This document shows positions 30,441 through 42,685 of a stretch of 64,000 bases of DNA, one piece after another (position 1 is the first letter of the stretch; each line of letters starts with the position of its first letter). The stretch is from NCBI GenBank assembly GCA_963748815.1, contig CAVVKJ010000005.1:352001-416000 (forward strand), written 5' to 3'. This DNA is from an uncultured Gemmatimonadales bacterium (GTDB lineage Bacteria > Gemmatimonadota > Gemmatimonadetes > Gemmatimonadales > GWC2-71-9). The notes beneath the pieces were generated by a model that did not search any database, had not been told where the DNA came from, and worked only from the letters and a program-made list of their open reading frames with translations. The translations under genes were made by a program, and so were the position numbers.

Positions 30441-33225
30441 ATGGCGAAGTCGACGACCAAGAAATCCGCGAAGCCGAAGTCCGCGTCGCCCAAGGCGGCG
30501 GGGAAGCAGGCGCCTGCCGTGAAGGCCAGGGCGAAGGGCAAGGCCGTGGCGGCGCCGAAGGCCGCCAAGGCGGCGGCCCCGAAGGCCAAGGTCACGAAGG
30601 CCAAGGCCGCCAAGAGCGCGGGTCGGCGCCGGCACCACCCTCGTCATCGTGGAGTCCCCGACCAAGGCGCGCACGATCCGCGGCTTCCTTCCCGCCGGTT
30701 ACCGCGTCGAGGCCTCGATGGGCCACGTCCGCGACCTGCCGGGCGACGCCAAGTCGATTCCCGCCAAGTACAAGGAATTCGAGTGGGCTCGACTGGGGGT
30801 CAACGTCGACAACGACTTCGAGCCGCTCTACGTCGTCTCGCCGGACAAGCGAGCGGTGGTGCGCGACCTCAAGGCCGCCGTGAAGGACGTGGACCAGCTG
30901 CTGCTCGCGACGGACGAAGACCGCGAGGGGGAGAGCATCAGCTGGCACTTGCTGCAGCTGCTGGAGCCCGACATTCCGGTGCGCCGGATGGTCTTCCACG
31001 AAATCACCAGGGAGGCCATCGCCGAGGCGCTGGCCAATCCCCGCGAAATCGACGACCGCCTGGTCCGGGCGCAGGAAACCCGCCGCATCCTCGACCGCCT
31101 CGTCGGCTACACCCTCTCGCCGCTGCTGTGGAAGAAGATCGCCTTCGGGCTGTCGGCCGGCCGGGTGCAGTCGGTGGCCATGCGCCTGCTCGTCGTGCGC
31201 GAACGGGAGCGGCGCGCCTTCCGCTCCGCGGCGTACTGGGACCTGCTGGCGGGACTGCGCCACGGCGGCCAGGCGTTCGAGGCGGAACTGGTGCAGCTCG
31301 GCGGGAAGCGGCTGGCCAGCGGCAAGGACTTCGACGAGCGGACCGGCAAGCTGCTCGCGGGGCGCGACGTGGTCGTGCTCGGCGAACCCGAGGCGACGGC
31401 GCTGGCCGCCACGACGGCCAAGGCGACCTGGCTCGTGTCCGCCACCGAGGAGAAGCCGGGCATCCGGCGCCCGTCGCCGCCGTTCACCACCTCCACGCTC
31501 CAGCAGGAAGCCAATCGCAAGCTTCGGCTGAGCGCCCGCGACGCCATGCGGGCGGCCCAGGGCCTCTACGAGCGCGGCTTCATCACCTACATGCGGACCG
31601 ACTCGGTGCACCTGTCCGAGCAGGCCATCACCGCGGCGCGCGCCTCGGTCACCGAGCTCTACGGCAAGGAGTACGTGCCGGACGCCCCGCGCCGGTACGC
31701 GAACAAGAGCGCCAACGCCCAGGAGGCCCACGAGGCCATCCGGCCCGCCGGGGCGGCGTTCCGTCACCCGAAGTCCACCGGGCTCGACGGCCGGGACCTG
31801 GCCCTGTACGAACTGATCTGGAAGCGGACGATGGCGTCGCAAATGGCCGACGCGCGGCAGACGTCCATGTCGGTCACGTTCGACGTGGGAGACGCCACCT
31901 TCCGTTCCACCGGAAAGCGGATCGACTTCCCCGGCTTCCTCCGCGCCTACGTGGAGGGAAGCGACGACCCGGAGGCGGCGCTCGAGGACCGCGAAGTCAT
32001 CCTGCCGCATCTCGAGAAGGGCGACACGCCGACGTGTGAGTCGGTGGAACCGGTTCGCCACGAGACGCAGCCGCCGGCCCGCTATACCGAAGCGACCCTG
32101 GTGAAGGCGCTCGAGGCCGACGGCGTCGGCCGGCCGAGCACCTATGCCTCCATCATCGGGACGATCCTGGAGCGGAACTATGCCGTGCGACAGGGTCAGG
32201 CGCTGGTGCCGACCTTCACCGCCTTTGCGGTCACGGGGATTCTCGAGGAGCACTTTCCGCACCTCGTGGACGAGAAGTTCACCGCCGGCATGGAAGATGT
32301 GCTCGACGAAATTTCCGAGGGGAAGGCGGAGTGGCTGCCGTATCTTCGCCAGTTCTACCTCGGTCCCGACGGGCTCCGGCAGCAGGTGCTCCTCCACGAG
32401 AAGCAGATCGATCCGACCGAAGCGCGTACTCTGCTGCTTGACGGACTCGACGCCAAGATCAAGATCGGGAAGTTTGGCCCGTACGTGGAGACCGGCCCGA
32501 AGGGCGAGGAGCTCCGGGCCTCGCTGCCGAAGGACGTCGCCCCCGCTGACCTCGACCAGGCGCAGGTGGAGGAGATCCTGCGCCAGAAGGCCGAGGGTCC
32601 CGACTCGCTCGGCATTCATCCCGAGACCGGCCAGAAGATCTTCCTGCTCTCCGGGCAGTACGGTCCGTACCTCCAGCTCGGCGAGGTGGTGGACGGGGAG
32701 CCGAAGCCGAAGCGGGCAAGCCTCCCGAAGGGCGTCACGCCCGACCAGGTCACGATGCAGCAGGCGCTGGGGCTCCTGGCGTTGCCCAGACTGCTCGGCA
32801 AGCACCCCGTGTCGGAGCGCTCGGTCCACGCCGGCCTCGGCCGGTTCGGCCCGTACGTGGTGCACGACCTCGGGAAGGACGGCAAGGAGTACCGGTCCAT
32901 CAAGGGTGAGGACAGCGTCCTCACCATCACGCTCCCTCGAGCGCTCGAGCTCCTCGCGCAGCCGAAGCAGGGGCGGGGCCGCCGCGCTGCGCCGACCCCG
33001 ATTCGCATCCTCGGGCGGCACCCTGACGACGAGCAGCCGATCGGCCTCTACGACGGCCAGTACGGTCCCTACGTGAAGCACGACGACATCAGCGCCTCGC
33101 TGCCGCGGGGCAGCGATCCTGCCGCGTTCACCGCCGCCGAGGCGATCGAGCTGCTGGCTGCCAAGCGCGCGTCGGGCCCGCGGAAGAAGGGCGGCCGGAC
33201 CAAGAAGAAGGCGTCGTCAAAATGA
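30441..33225 (+). CDS. topA: DNA topoisomerase I with Lys/Ala-rich N-terminal extension (frameshift near 30625)
   Basis: [49 protein letters not shown]-terminal GxFGPY repeats. Confidence 0.93.
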
Positions 33226-34517
33226 CCGTCACCGTCCTCGGCGGCGGGCTGGCCGGCTCGGAAGCGGCCTGGGCCCTCGCCGAGCGCGGCGTCGCGGTCA
33301 CCCTCGTTGAAATGCGTCCGGTGGTGCGCACCGCCGCCCACCAGACCGACCAGCTCGCCGAACTCGTCTGCAGCAACACCTTCAAGAGCGTCGAAGTCGT
33401 CAACGCGCATGGACTGCTCAAGGCGGAGTTGCGCCTGCTCGGGTCGATGCTGCTCGAGTGCGCCGACGCCGCCCGGGTGCCCGGCGGGAGCGCGCTGGCG
33501 GTCGACCGCGAGGTCTTCGCCGCCGCCGTGCAGGCGCGTATCGAATCCCACCCCCGGATCACGGTCGTGCGCGCCGAGGCGGACGCGCTCCCGGACGCCG
33601 GCATCGTCGCGACGGGTCCGCTCACCTCCGAGAAGCTCGCCGCGGCCATCGCCGGCCGGCTCGGCGCCGAGGCGCTGGCGTTCTACGATGCCATCGCCCC
33701 GATCGTGTCGGCGGACTCGCTCGATCAGGACCGGCTGTATGCCCTGTCCCGATACGGGAAGGGCGCGGGCGACGACTACCTCAATGCGCCGATGACGCGC
33801 GACGAGTACGAGGCGTTCATTGACGCCCTCCTCGTCGCGGATCAGTTCACCGCCCACGAGTTCGACCAGGTGCCGTATTTCGAGGGGTGCATGCCGGTCG
33901 AGGAGGCGGCGCGCCGCGGGCGCGAGACGCTCCGCTTCGGACCGATGAAGCCGGTCGGGCTGCCCGATCCGCGCACCGGCCACGAGCCCCACGCCGTGGT
34001 GCAGCTCCGGCAAGAGGACCGCGCGGGTCAGATGTGGAACCTGGTCGGCTTCCAGACCCGGCTCCGCATCCCCGAGCAGCGGAAGGTGTTCACGACCATT
34101 CCCGGACTGGGTGACGCCGAGTTCCTTCGGTTCGGGAGCATCCACCGGAACAGCTACCTGAACAGCCCCGCCACGCTGGGAACGGGCCTCACCGCGCGCG
34201 ACAACGACCGGCTCTTCTTCGCGGGGCAGCTGACCGGGGTCGAGGGCTACACCGAGTCGCTCGGCACCGGGCTGTTGGCGGGGATCAACCTGGCACGGCG
34301 GCTCGAGGGGAAGCCGGCGGTGGTCCCGCCGCCCACCACGATGCTGGGAGGCCTCTACCGGTACCTGGCGGAGGCCGACCCGGCGCACTTCCAGCCGATG
34401 AACGCCAACTTCGGCCTGGTGGACCCGTTGCCGGGCAAGGTGAAGAAGCAGGACCGCAAGCCGAAGCAGGCCGAACGCGCGTTGGAAGCGATGGCCGTGT
34501 GGAGGTCGAGTCTCTGA
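33222..34517 (+). CDS. trmFO: tRNA (uracil-5)-methyltransferase TrmFO
   Basis: [48 protein letters not shown]. Confidence 0.95.
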   Translation: MTVTVLGGGLAGSEAAWALAERGVAVTLVEMRPVVRTAAHQTDQLAELVCSNTFKSVEVVNAHGLLKAELRLLGSMLLECADAARVPGGSALAVDREVFAAAVQARIESHPRITVVRAEADALPDAGIVATGPLTSEKLAAAIAGRLGAEALAFYDAIAPIVSADSLDQDRLYALSRYGKGAGDDYLNAPMTRDEYEAFIDALLVADQFTAHEFDQVPYFEGCMPVEEAARRGRETLRFGPMKPVGLPDPRTGHEPHAVVQLRQEDRAGQMWNLVGFQTRLRIPEQRKVFTTIPGLGDAEFLRFGSIHRNSYLNSPATLGTGLTARDNDRLFFAGQLTGVEGYTESLGTGLLAGINLARRLEGKPAVVPPPTTMLGGLYRYLAEADPAHFQPMNANFGLVDPLPGKVKKQDRKPKQAERALEAMAVWRSSL

Positions 34518-35457
34518 TGCCTGACACCTCCCCGCTTCCCCGCTTCCCCGCTGACCCGCTGCTCCGCGAGTATCTCGAGCATCTCGAGAAGGAAACCCAA
34601 CACTCCCCGCACACCGTTTCCGCCTACGCCCGCGACCTCGGCGCCTTCGAGGAGTTCTGCGGCCGGCACTACGGTCGCGCCGGCGAGTGGGCCGCGGTGG
34701 ACCGGCTGGGCTTTCGCGGGTTTCTGGGCGAGCTGCAGCGACGCGGACTCTCCAAGCGGACGGCGGCGCGCGCCCTCTCGGCGGTGCGGAGCTTCTACCG
34801 GTACCTGCAGACCCAGCATGGCATCAGCGCGGCGGTGTCCCGGTCGGCCAAGGTGCCACGGCTCCCGAAACGGCTGCCGGGGCACCTGGAGCGGGGGCAG
34901 GTGGACGAACTGTTCGCCGCGCTCGAAGCGCGCGCGGCGGGGGACGACTTCGCCCCGCTGCGCGACCTGGCGATCCTGGAGCTCTTCTATTCGACGGGGA
35001 TGCGGCTCTCGGAGCTCCAGGGCCTCGACACCGGGCGCCATGGAGCTGCTCTCGGACCAGGTGAAGGTCCGCGGCAAGGGCCGGAAGGAGCGGATCATCC
35101 CCGTGGGTGATCGGGCGGTCCGGGCGCTCCGGCGCTATCTTCCCGTCCGCGAGGCCCTGGCCTCGCCCACGGCCGCCGATCGCCGCGCCCTGTTCGTGAG
35201 CACCCGCGGGAGGCGCCTGGCGGCGCGCAGCGTCCAGCGGATCGTGCACAAGGCGTTTGACAGCATCGGGGTGGACGGCTTGCGGACCCACTCGCTCCGC
35301 CACAGCTTCGCCACGCATCTGCTGGATGCCGGCGCGGACCTGCAGGGCGGTGCAGGAGATGCTCGGCCACGCGTCTCTGAGTACCACGCAGGTGTACACC
35401 CACACCAGCGTGGAGCGGTTGAAGAAGGTTTACCAGCAGGCACATCCGCGAGCGTGA
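34517..35457 (+). CDS. xerC: Tyrosine recombinase XerC (two frameshifts)
   Basis: [54 protein letters not shown]; topA-trmFO-xerC-hslVU synteny. Confidence 0.88.
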
Positions 35458-35459
35458 GC

Positions 35460-36002
35460 ATGACGACATTTCACGGCACGACCATCCTCACCGTCCGCAA
35501 GAACGGCCGCGTCGCGCTGGGCGGCGACGGGCAGGTGAGCGTCGGCGACACGGTCATGAAGGGCAAGGCCACCAAGGTCCGGACCCTCAAGGGCGGGAAG
35601 ATCCTGGCCGGCTTCGCCGGTTCGGTGGCCGATGCGCTGACGCTCTACGAAAAGTTCGAGGAGAAGCTCGAGCGCCATCCCGGCAACATGCCGCGCGCGG
35701 CCGTCGAACTCGCCAAGGACTGGCGGAGCGACCGGGTGCTTCGCCGGCTCGAGGCGCTCCTTGTGGTAGCCAATCTCGAGTACAGCTTCCTGTTGAGCGG
35801 CAGCGGCGAACTCATCGAGCCGGATGACGGCATCCTGGCGGTCGGCTCCGGCGGCAACTACGCCCTGGCCGCCGCGCGCGCGCTGTTGCCCGATGCGTCG
35901 CTGAGCGCGAAGGACACCGTGGAGCGTTCGCTGCGGGTCGCCGCGGAAATCTGTGTCTTCACCAACGATCACCTGACCGTCCTCGAGTTGGGCCCCTCGT
36001 GA
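35460..36002 (+). CDS. hslV: HslV protease subunit
   Basis: [43 protein letters not shown]. Confidence 0.95.
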   Translation: MTTFHGTTILTVRKNGRVALGGDGQVSVGDTVMKGKATKVRTLKGGKILAGFAGSVADALTLYEKFEEKLERHPGNMPRAAVELAKDWRSDRVLRRLEALLVVANLEYSFLLSGSGELIEPDDGILAVGSGGNYALAAARALLPDASLSAKDTVERSLRVAAEICVFTNDHLTVLELGPS

Positions 36003-37458
36003 CCACCCCGCCCGTCGACCCGAAGCACCCGCTCGCGCCCGTCGAGCCGCCGCCGCCGTGGCTGGAGGAACTCCCCCCCCGGAAGATCGTGGAGGAATTG
36101 AATCGCTTCATCGTCGGGCAGGACGCCGCGAAGAAGGCGGTGGCCATCGCCATCCGGAACCGGTGGCGCCGGAGCCAGGCCCCCGACGGCATCCGGGATG
36201 AAATCACCCCGTACAACATCATCATGATCGGTCCCACCGGCGTCGGAAAGACCGAGGTCGCCCGCCGCCTGGCGCGACTGGCCGGGGCACCGTTCGTGAA
36301 GGTGGAGGCGTCGAAGTTCACCGAGGTGGGGTACGTGGGTCGCGACGCCGAATCGATGGTGCGCGAGCTGGTGGACGCCGCCATCTCGATGGTGCGCACC
36401 GAGCGCGAGGACGAGGTCTGGCCCCAGGCGGAGCAGCGGGCCGACGAGCGGCTGCTGGACATCCTCCTCCCGCCGCCCGACCCGAAGCCGGCGCCGCGGC
36501 CCCGGAAAAGGTGTTCGTGGTCGGGCCGGGGGGAGCCACCCAGCCGGAGTCGGTGGACGCGGAGGCCAGCCGGCAGCGTTCCCGCGAGAAGCTCCGGCAG
36601 ATGCTGCTCGACGGCAAGCTCGATGACCGCGAGGTGGACCTCGAGATTTCGCCGCAGAACTACCCGATGCTCGACCTCCTCCAGCAGCCGACCGGGATGG
36701 AGGGATCGGAGATCAATTTCGTCGAGATGCTGCAGGACATGATGCCGAAGAAGAAGAAGCGCCGGACGGTGCGGGTGCCCGACGCGCGGCGCATCCTGAT
36801 CGACGAAGAGCTGAAGAAGATGGTGGACATGGACGATGTGGTGAACGAGGCGCTCGACCGCACCGAGAACCACGGCATCCTCTTCATCGACGAGATCGAC
36901 AAGATCGCCGGGGAGCGCTCGCAGGGCGGGGGACCGGACGTGAGCCGGGAAGGGGTCCAGCGGGACCTGCTGCCGATCGTCGAGGGCTCCACGGTCCAGA
37001 CGCGCTATGGCTACGTGCGGACCGACCACATCCTGTTCATCGCGGCCGGCGCGTTCCACGTCTCCAAGCCGTCGGACCTGATCCCGGAATTCCAGGGCCG
37101 GTTCCCGATCCGGGTGGAGCTCACGCCGCTGACCGAGGCCGATTTCGTCCGGATCATGACGGAGCCGGAGAACGCCATCGTCAAGCAGTACCAGGCGCTG
37201 GTGGCCGCCGAATCGGCCACCCTCGAGTTCACCGACGATGGTATCGCCGAGGTGGCGCGGATCGCCGCGCTGGCCAACGGGAAAATGGAGAATATCGGCG
37301 CCCGCCGGCTCCACACCGTCATGGCCACCCTGATGGAAGACCTGCTCTTCGACCTCCCCGAGACGACCGAGAAGCGCTTCGTGTACGACGGCGCCACGGT
37401 GCGGGACCGGCTGATGGCCATCGTCACGGACGACGATCTGCGCCGGTATATCCTGTAA
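35999..37458 (+). CDS. hslU: HslU ATPase (frameshift near 36500)
   Basis: [56 protein letters not shown]. Confidence 0.93.
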
Positions 37459-37508
37459 GCTCACCTCTGGACTGATGTTTCAGGGGGCATAGATTGCCCT
37501 CTTAGATC

Positions 37509-39943
37509 ATGAATCTCCTCACATCCCTGCAGGGTCCCCTGGCCGGACGGTACCGGCTCGAGCGCGAGCTCGGGCGCGGCGGCATGGCCATCGTGTTCCT
37601 CGCCGAAGACCTCAAGCACCACCGCCAGGTAGCCATCAAGGTGCTCCGGCCGGAACTCGCCGCCTCGGTCGGCCACGATCGGTTTCTCCGGGAAATCACC
37701 CTCGCCGCCGGGCTGCAGCATCCGCATATCCTCCCGCTCCACGACAGCGGCGCCATCGAGGGCGATGGGGAGACGCTGCTCTTCTACGTGATGCCCTTTG
37801 TTCAGGGCCAGTCGCTGCGGCAGCGGCTGGATGAACAGGAGCGGCTTCCCCTTGACGAAGCCCTCGCGATCGCCCGGGAGGTGCTGAGCGCCCTCGAGTG
37901 CGCGCACACGGCCGGGGTTGTTCACCGCGACATCAAGCCCGAGAACATTCTCCTGTCCGGTGGTCACGCCCTCGTCGCCGACTTCGGCATCGCGGTCGCC
38001 GCGCAATCGACCCCCGGAGACTCACGGCTCACCGACGTCGGCTCGGTCGTCGGGACCCCTGCCTACATGAGCCCTGAGCAGGCTGCCGGCGAGCGCGACA
38101 TCGACGCCCGCAGCGACCTTTATGCCTTCGGATGCGTCCTCTTCGAAATGCTCGCGGGCACGCCGCCGTTCACGGGGCACTCCCCCCAGGCGATCATGGT
38201 CAAGCGGTTGACCGAGGATGCGCCCTCGGTGCGGCGGCTGCGCGAGGATGTGCCCGACGAGGTCAACGCGGCGCTCCAGCGGGTGCTCTCGCGCGGGCCG
38301 GCCGATCGCTTCCCCACGGCGGCCGCTTTCGCGGCGGCGTTGCAGCCCGGGCACGTGGGCGGGGCGACACCGGTGCCAGGGCCGGGGGGCCGGCCGCGCA
38401 GCCGGACGGTGCTCCCCGTCATCGGGCTCGTGGCCGTCGTGGTCTTCGGAATCCTGTGGTTTCTCCGGGCGCCCGCACCGCCGGCATCCGGGTGGCGGCT
38501 GGCGCTGACCGACCTGACGGTGGCGAGCCCGGACGCCTCGACGAACTATCTCCGCAGCGGCATTCCGGAATACCTTGTCGCGGAGCTCCATCGGCTGCCT
38601 GGTCTCGACGTGATCCCGATGAGCCTCTCTCGGCGAGACTCGGCCGTTACTTCGCCTGTGGAGCTTGGCCGAAAGCTGGGCGCCACGGCGGTGCTCACCG
38701 GTACGCTCGCACATTTTGGCGGCGCGCTGACCATCAACGCCGAACTGGTCCGGGTGTCCGACAGCGAATTGCTATGGACCGGGCACTTCGAGTATCCCGA
38801 CACCGACTACGCCGGCGTGATCCCCGCCGTCGTGGCCGGCATCGCGGACTCCCTGCAACTGCAGCTGAGCGGGGGCGCCCGCCGCGACGCGATCGAACGA
38901 TCCACGGTCAATCCCGTCGTGCTGGACCTGCTGCTGCGCGCCGGTCACCGGTGGATGCAGGGCATCGCCGGCGCCAGCGGCGACTCGGCCACCGTCGATT
39001 CGGCCCGGGTCCTCTACGCGAGGGTGCTCGAGCGCTCGCCGCGAAACCCGCGGGCCATCGCCGGATTGGGGAACTACTACTACATCTCCTACATCCGGGG
39101 GTGGGGCGTGCCCGGGGGCCTCTCGGCGGACGAGGTGCACGCCCGCGCCGACTCGCTGACCGACCTCGTCCTGTCGCTCGACAGCACGGTCATCATCTCC
39201 TACAATCCGGTCGTGGTCTCCCGGCTCTACCTGGATGACGACTTCGACGGTGCCGGCAAGGCCGTCGACAAGATGCTCGCACTGGATTCCGGGTACGCGG
39301 AGGCCTACCGGTACCGCGGAATCATCCGTCAGGAGCTCCTCGGCGACCTGCAGGGGGGCATCGCGGACTTTGAGCACTCGGTCGACCTGGAACCCAGCGT
39401 GCAGCGTCTCAACAGCCTCGCAGCGGCGCTGATGGCCGCTCGGCGGTATCAGGAAGCGGCGGCGGTCCTCGAGCGCTCGATGATGTCCCGCCCGAGTGCT
39501 GGCGCGATGTCTCGCCTTGTCACTGTCTACGACAAGCTCGGGCGGCCCGCCGACGCTATCCGCGTCCGGCGACTCATGGATTCGACGGGTGCATCCGCCG
39601 CGCCCTACGAGGTCGCACTCGCTGCTCGGGACACCGCGGGCTATACGCGCGCCCACCGGGCAGAGCTCCGCCACGTCGGCGGACTCGCTGATCGCCCGGC
39701 TGGATCGAGGCCGATGTCGTTCCCGCGGAGCGATTCAACGTGGCGGAGCTCCGGATCGGTGCGCTCCTCTGCGAGCTGGGCGACTCGAAGAAGGCCATGG
39801 ACCTCGTCGAGAGCCTCTACCGGATCCGCCCCAAGCGCTTGCGTTGGATCGTCACCAATGTGGACCTCGGCTGCCTCCGCGATGACCCGCGGTACCTCCC
39901 CATGGTCACGGCTGCCGGCCTGGAGCGCTACCTGCGGAACTGA
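37509..39943 (+). CDS. Ser/Thr protein kinase with TM, TolB_N-like and TPR-like regions (frameshift near 39680)
   Basis: LGRGGMA, VAIKVL, HRDIKPEN, DFGIA, GTPAYMSPEQ; C-terminal LRDDPRY in the 39740-39943 frame. Confidence 0.85.
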
Positions 39944-40040
39944 CGAGCCGGAGCATCGCCAGCTTGCCCCACCCCTCCCATTCGGGCTAAACTCCGTCCT
40001 GCCAATTTGGCTGTTTTCTCCTCCAGATTCCGGTTGGTCC

Positions 40041-40940
40041 ATGTCCAAGCGCGACTTCCTCTGCATCCCGGATTTCACCGCGGCCGAGCTGCTGTCCCTC
40101 CTGGACCTGGCGGCCCGAATGAAGTCCGGCGCGTATCAGGAGCGCCCGCTGACCGGCAAGACGCTGGCGATGATCTTCGCCAAGAGCTCGACCCGGACCC
40201 GCGTCTCCTTCGAGGTCGGTACCCTCCAGCTCGGGGGCCACGCGCTCTTCCTCTCGTCGCGCGACATCCAGCTGGGCCGGGGCGAGCCGATCCGGGACAC
40301 GGCACGCGTGCTCTCGCGGATGGTGGACGGCATCATGATCCGCACCTTCGCGCATGCGGATGTGGAGGAGCTGGCCCGGTTCGCCTCCGTGCCGGTCATC
40401 AACGGACTGACCGACCTGCTCCACCCCTGCCAGATCCTCGCCGACCTCCTGACCACCCTCGAGGCGTTCGGCACGCTCAAGGGGAAGACGGTGGCGTGGA
40501 TCGGCGACGGCAACAACATGTGCAACAGCTGGCTCCACGCCGCCGGAATCCTGGGTTTCGAGCTGCGCGTCGCCTGTCCCGAGGGCTACGAACCGGACCG
40601 CGCCATCTTCCAGCGGAACGCGACGTTGACCAAGCTGCTGGTGACGGTCGATCCCGACGAGGCGGCGGCGGGGGCGCACGTCGTCACGACCGACGTCTGG
40701 GCGTCCATGGGCCAGGAAAGCGAGGCGGCCCAGCGGGCGCAGGCGTTCAAGGGATATCTGGTGGACGAGGCGCTGATGCAGCGCGCCGACCCGGGCGCGA
40801 TCTTCCTGCACTGCCTCCCCGCGCACCGCGGGGAAGAGGTGACCGAGTCCGTGCTCGAAGGCCCGCAGTCGCGGGTGTGGGACGAGGCGGAGAACCGCCT
40901 CCACGTGCAGAAGGCCCTGATGGCGACGTTGATGGGGTAG
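40041..40940 (+). CDS. argF: Ornithine carbamoyltransferase
   Basis: SSTRTR, HPCQ, GDGNN, TDVWASMG, HCLP, EAENR. Confidence 0.95.
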   Translation: MSKRDFLCIPDFTAAELLSLLDLAARMKSGAYQERPLTGKTLAMIFAKSSTRTRVSFEVGTLQLGGHALFLSSRDIQLGRGEPIRDTARVLSRMVDGIMIRTFAHADVEELARFASVPVINGLTDLLHPCQILADLLTTLEAFGTLKGKTVAWIGDGNNMCNSWLHAAGILGFELRVACPEGYEPDRAIFQRNATLTKLLVTVDPDEAAAGAHVVTTDVWASMGQESEAAQRAQAFKGYLVDEALMQRADPGAIFLHCLPAHRGEEVTESVLEGPQSRVWDEAENRLHVQKALMATLMG

Positions 40941-41028
40941 GAGCCGTTACTCAACGCAGTTTTGTTGTTGCGAGGAGGCCCCGGTTGGGCCGACTAAGCA
41001 CTCTTGATTCTTCAACACTGGTCAGACC

Positions 41029-42138
41029 ATGAACGCACCACTCAAGCGCACCCCCCTCTACGACATCCACGTCGCCCTCGGCGCCAAGATGGTGCCGTTT
41101 GCCGGCTGGGAAATGCCGGTCCAGTATCCGCTCGGCATCCAGGCGGAGCACAAGGCCACCCGCACCGGGGCCGGGCTGTTCGACGTCTCCCACATGGGGG
41201 AATTCGAGGTGACCGGCCCGGACCGGAACGCCTTCGTCAACCGGCTCTGCTGTAACGACGTGGGCGTCCTCGCCGCGGGCGACGTGCAGTACTCGGCGCT
41301 CCTGACGCAGGAGGGCACCTTCGTCGACGACTGCACCGTGTATCGCTTCGAGGACAAGGTGATGCTCGTCGTGAACGCCGCGAACATCGACAAGGACTGG
41401 GCCCACGTGGTGGCGCAGAAGGGCGGAGCCAACGTCCGGCTCAAGAACATCTCGGACGACGTCGGGCTCCTCGCGCTCCAGGGCCCGACCGCCCAGGCGG
41501 TGCTCGCACCCGTCACCGACATCCCCCTCGACGACCTCGGCTACTACAAGTTCACCACCGGCAAGGTGGCGGGGGCGGACTGCTTCGTCAGCCGCACCGG
41601 CTACACCGGCGAGGACGGCTTCGAGATCTACTGCCGCATCCGCGACACCGAGACCATCTGGCGCGCGCTCGAAGGCCCGGGCCGCGCCCAGGCCATCGGA
41701 CTCGGGGCGCGCGACTCGCTGCGCCTCGAGGTGGCCTATCCCCTCTACGGCAACGACATCGACGACACCACCACGCCGCTCGAGGCCGGCCTCGCCTGGA
41801 TCGTGAAGCTCGACAAGGGATGCCCCTTCACCGGCAGCGACGCGCTCCGCGCCCAGAAGGGGCGCGGCGTCACCCGGCGGTTCGTCGGCTTCAAGCTGCT
41901 CGACCGCGGCATCCCGCGGCACGGCTTCCCCGTGTTCTACGACGGGTCGCAGGTGGATATCGTGCGCAGCGGTTGCATGAGCCCGTCGCTGGGAATTGCC
42001 ATCGGCACGACGTACCTGCCGGTGGCGGCGGCCACGCCGGGCACCCGGTTCGAGGTGGAGTCACGGGGCACGCGCATTCCCGCCGAGGTGATCAAGCGGC
42101 CGTTCTATACCGAAGGCACCGCCAGGAAGGCCAAGTAG
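41029..42138 (+). CDS. gcvT: Glycine cleavage system T protein
   Basis: RTPLY..H, FAGWEMPVQY, FDVSHMGE, RTGYTGEDGFE, GLGARDSLRLE. Confidence 0.95.
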   Translation: MNAPLKRTPLYDIHVALGAKMVPFAGWEMPVQYPLGIQAEHKATRTGAGLFDVSHMGEFEVTGPDRNAFVNRLCCNDVGVLAAGDVQYSALLTQEGTFVDDCTVYRFEDKVMLVVNAANIDKDWAHVVAQKGGANVRLKNISDDVGLLALQGPTAQAVLAPVTDIPLDDLGYYKFTTGKVAGADCFVSRTGYTGEDGFEIYCRIRDTETIWRALEGPGRAQAIGLGARDSLRLEVAYPLYGNDIDDTTTPLEAGLAWIVKLDKGCPFTGSDALRAQKGRGVTRRFVGFKLLDRGIPRHGFPVFYDGSQVDIVRSGCMSPSLGIAIGTTYLPVAAATPGTRFEVESRGTRIPAEVIKRPFYTEGTARKAK

Positions 42139-42185
42139 GGGCACGCCATGGCGTGCCCCCACTTGGCCGCCTCGCGATTGTGCGC

Positions 42186-42680
42186 ATGCGCGTAGCCATC
42201 CTGACTATTTCCGATGCCTGCAGTCGCGGCGAACGCGCGGACGGCTCCGGCGAGGCGATCGCCGCCTGGGCCGCGGAGCGCCGCCATGAGGTGGCCGCGC
42301 GGTCCCTCGTGCCTGACGAGACCGGGCCGATTGCGCGCGCCCTCGCCGAGTGGGCCGACGGGGAGGTGGCGGATCTCATCGTGACCACCGGCGGCACTGG
42401 GCTGACGGCGCGCGACGTGACCCCCGAGGCCACCCGTGCGGTGCTCGAACGGGAGGCGCCGGGAATCGCCGAGGCGATTCGGGCGAGCGCCGTGCCGCGG
42501 TTTCCGCGCGCCGCGCTGTCCCGCGGGTTGGCTGGGGTGCGGCGCCGGTCGCTCATCGTCAACCTTCCCGGGAGCCCGGGCGGCGTGCGCGACGGCCTCG
42601 CCGTGCTGGACGGCATCGTGGCGCACGCGATCGACCTGGTCCGCGGCACCGACACCACCCACCCTGTGACGGAGGGCTGA
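42186..42680 (+). CDS. MogA/MoaB molybdopterin adenylyltransferase
   Basis: TISD, VPDE, TTGGTG...RDVTPEA, NLPGSP. Confidence 0.88.
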   Translation: MRVAILTISDACSRGERADGSGEAIAAWAAERRHEVAARSLVPDETGPIARALAEWADGEVADLIVTTGGTGLTARDVTPEATRAVLEREAPGIAEAIRASAVPRFPRAALSRGLAGVRRRSLIVNLPGSPGGVRDGLAVLDGIVAHAIDLVRGTDTTHPVTEG

Positions 42681-42685
42681 CGAGC

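Noticed and set aside
30592..33081. Long antisense ORFs (also 59026-61602, 15170-17266 and others)
   Set aside because: Shadow ORFs of high-GC coding strands, with no motifs.
34818..36002. XerC-HslV fusion ORF
   Set aside because: Produced by two xerC frameshifts. HslV begins at 35460.
37509..40940. 1143-aa kinase-ArgF fusion ORF
   Set aside because: Frameshift near 39680. The kinase C-terminus is in the 39740-39943 frame and argF has its own ATG at 40041.
40941..41028. Glycine riboswitch upstream of gcvT
   Set aside because: The gap is under 90 nt and lacks the GGAGA...CCGAAG core.
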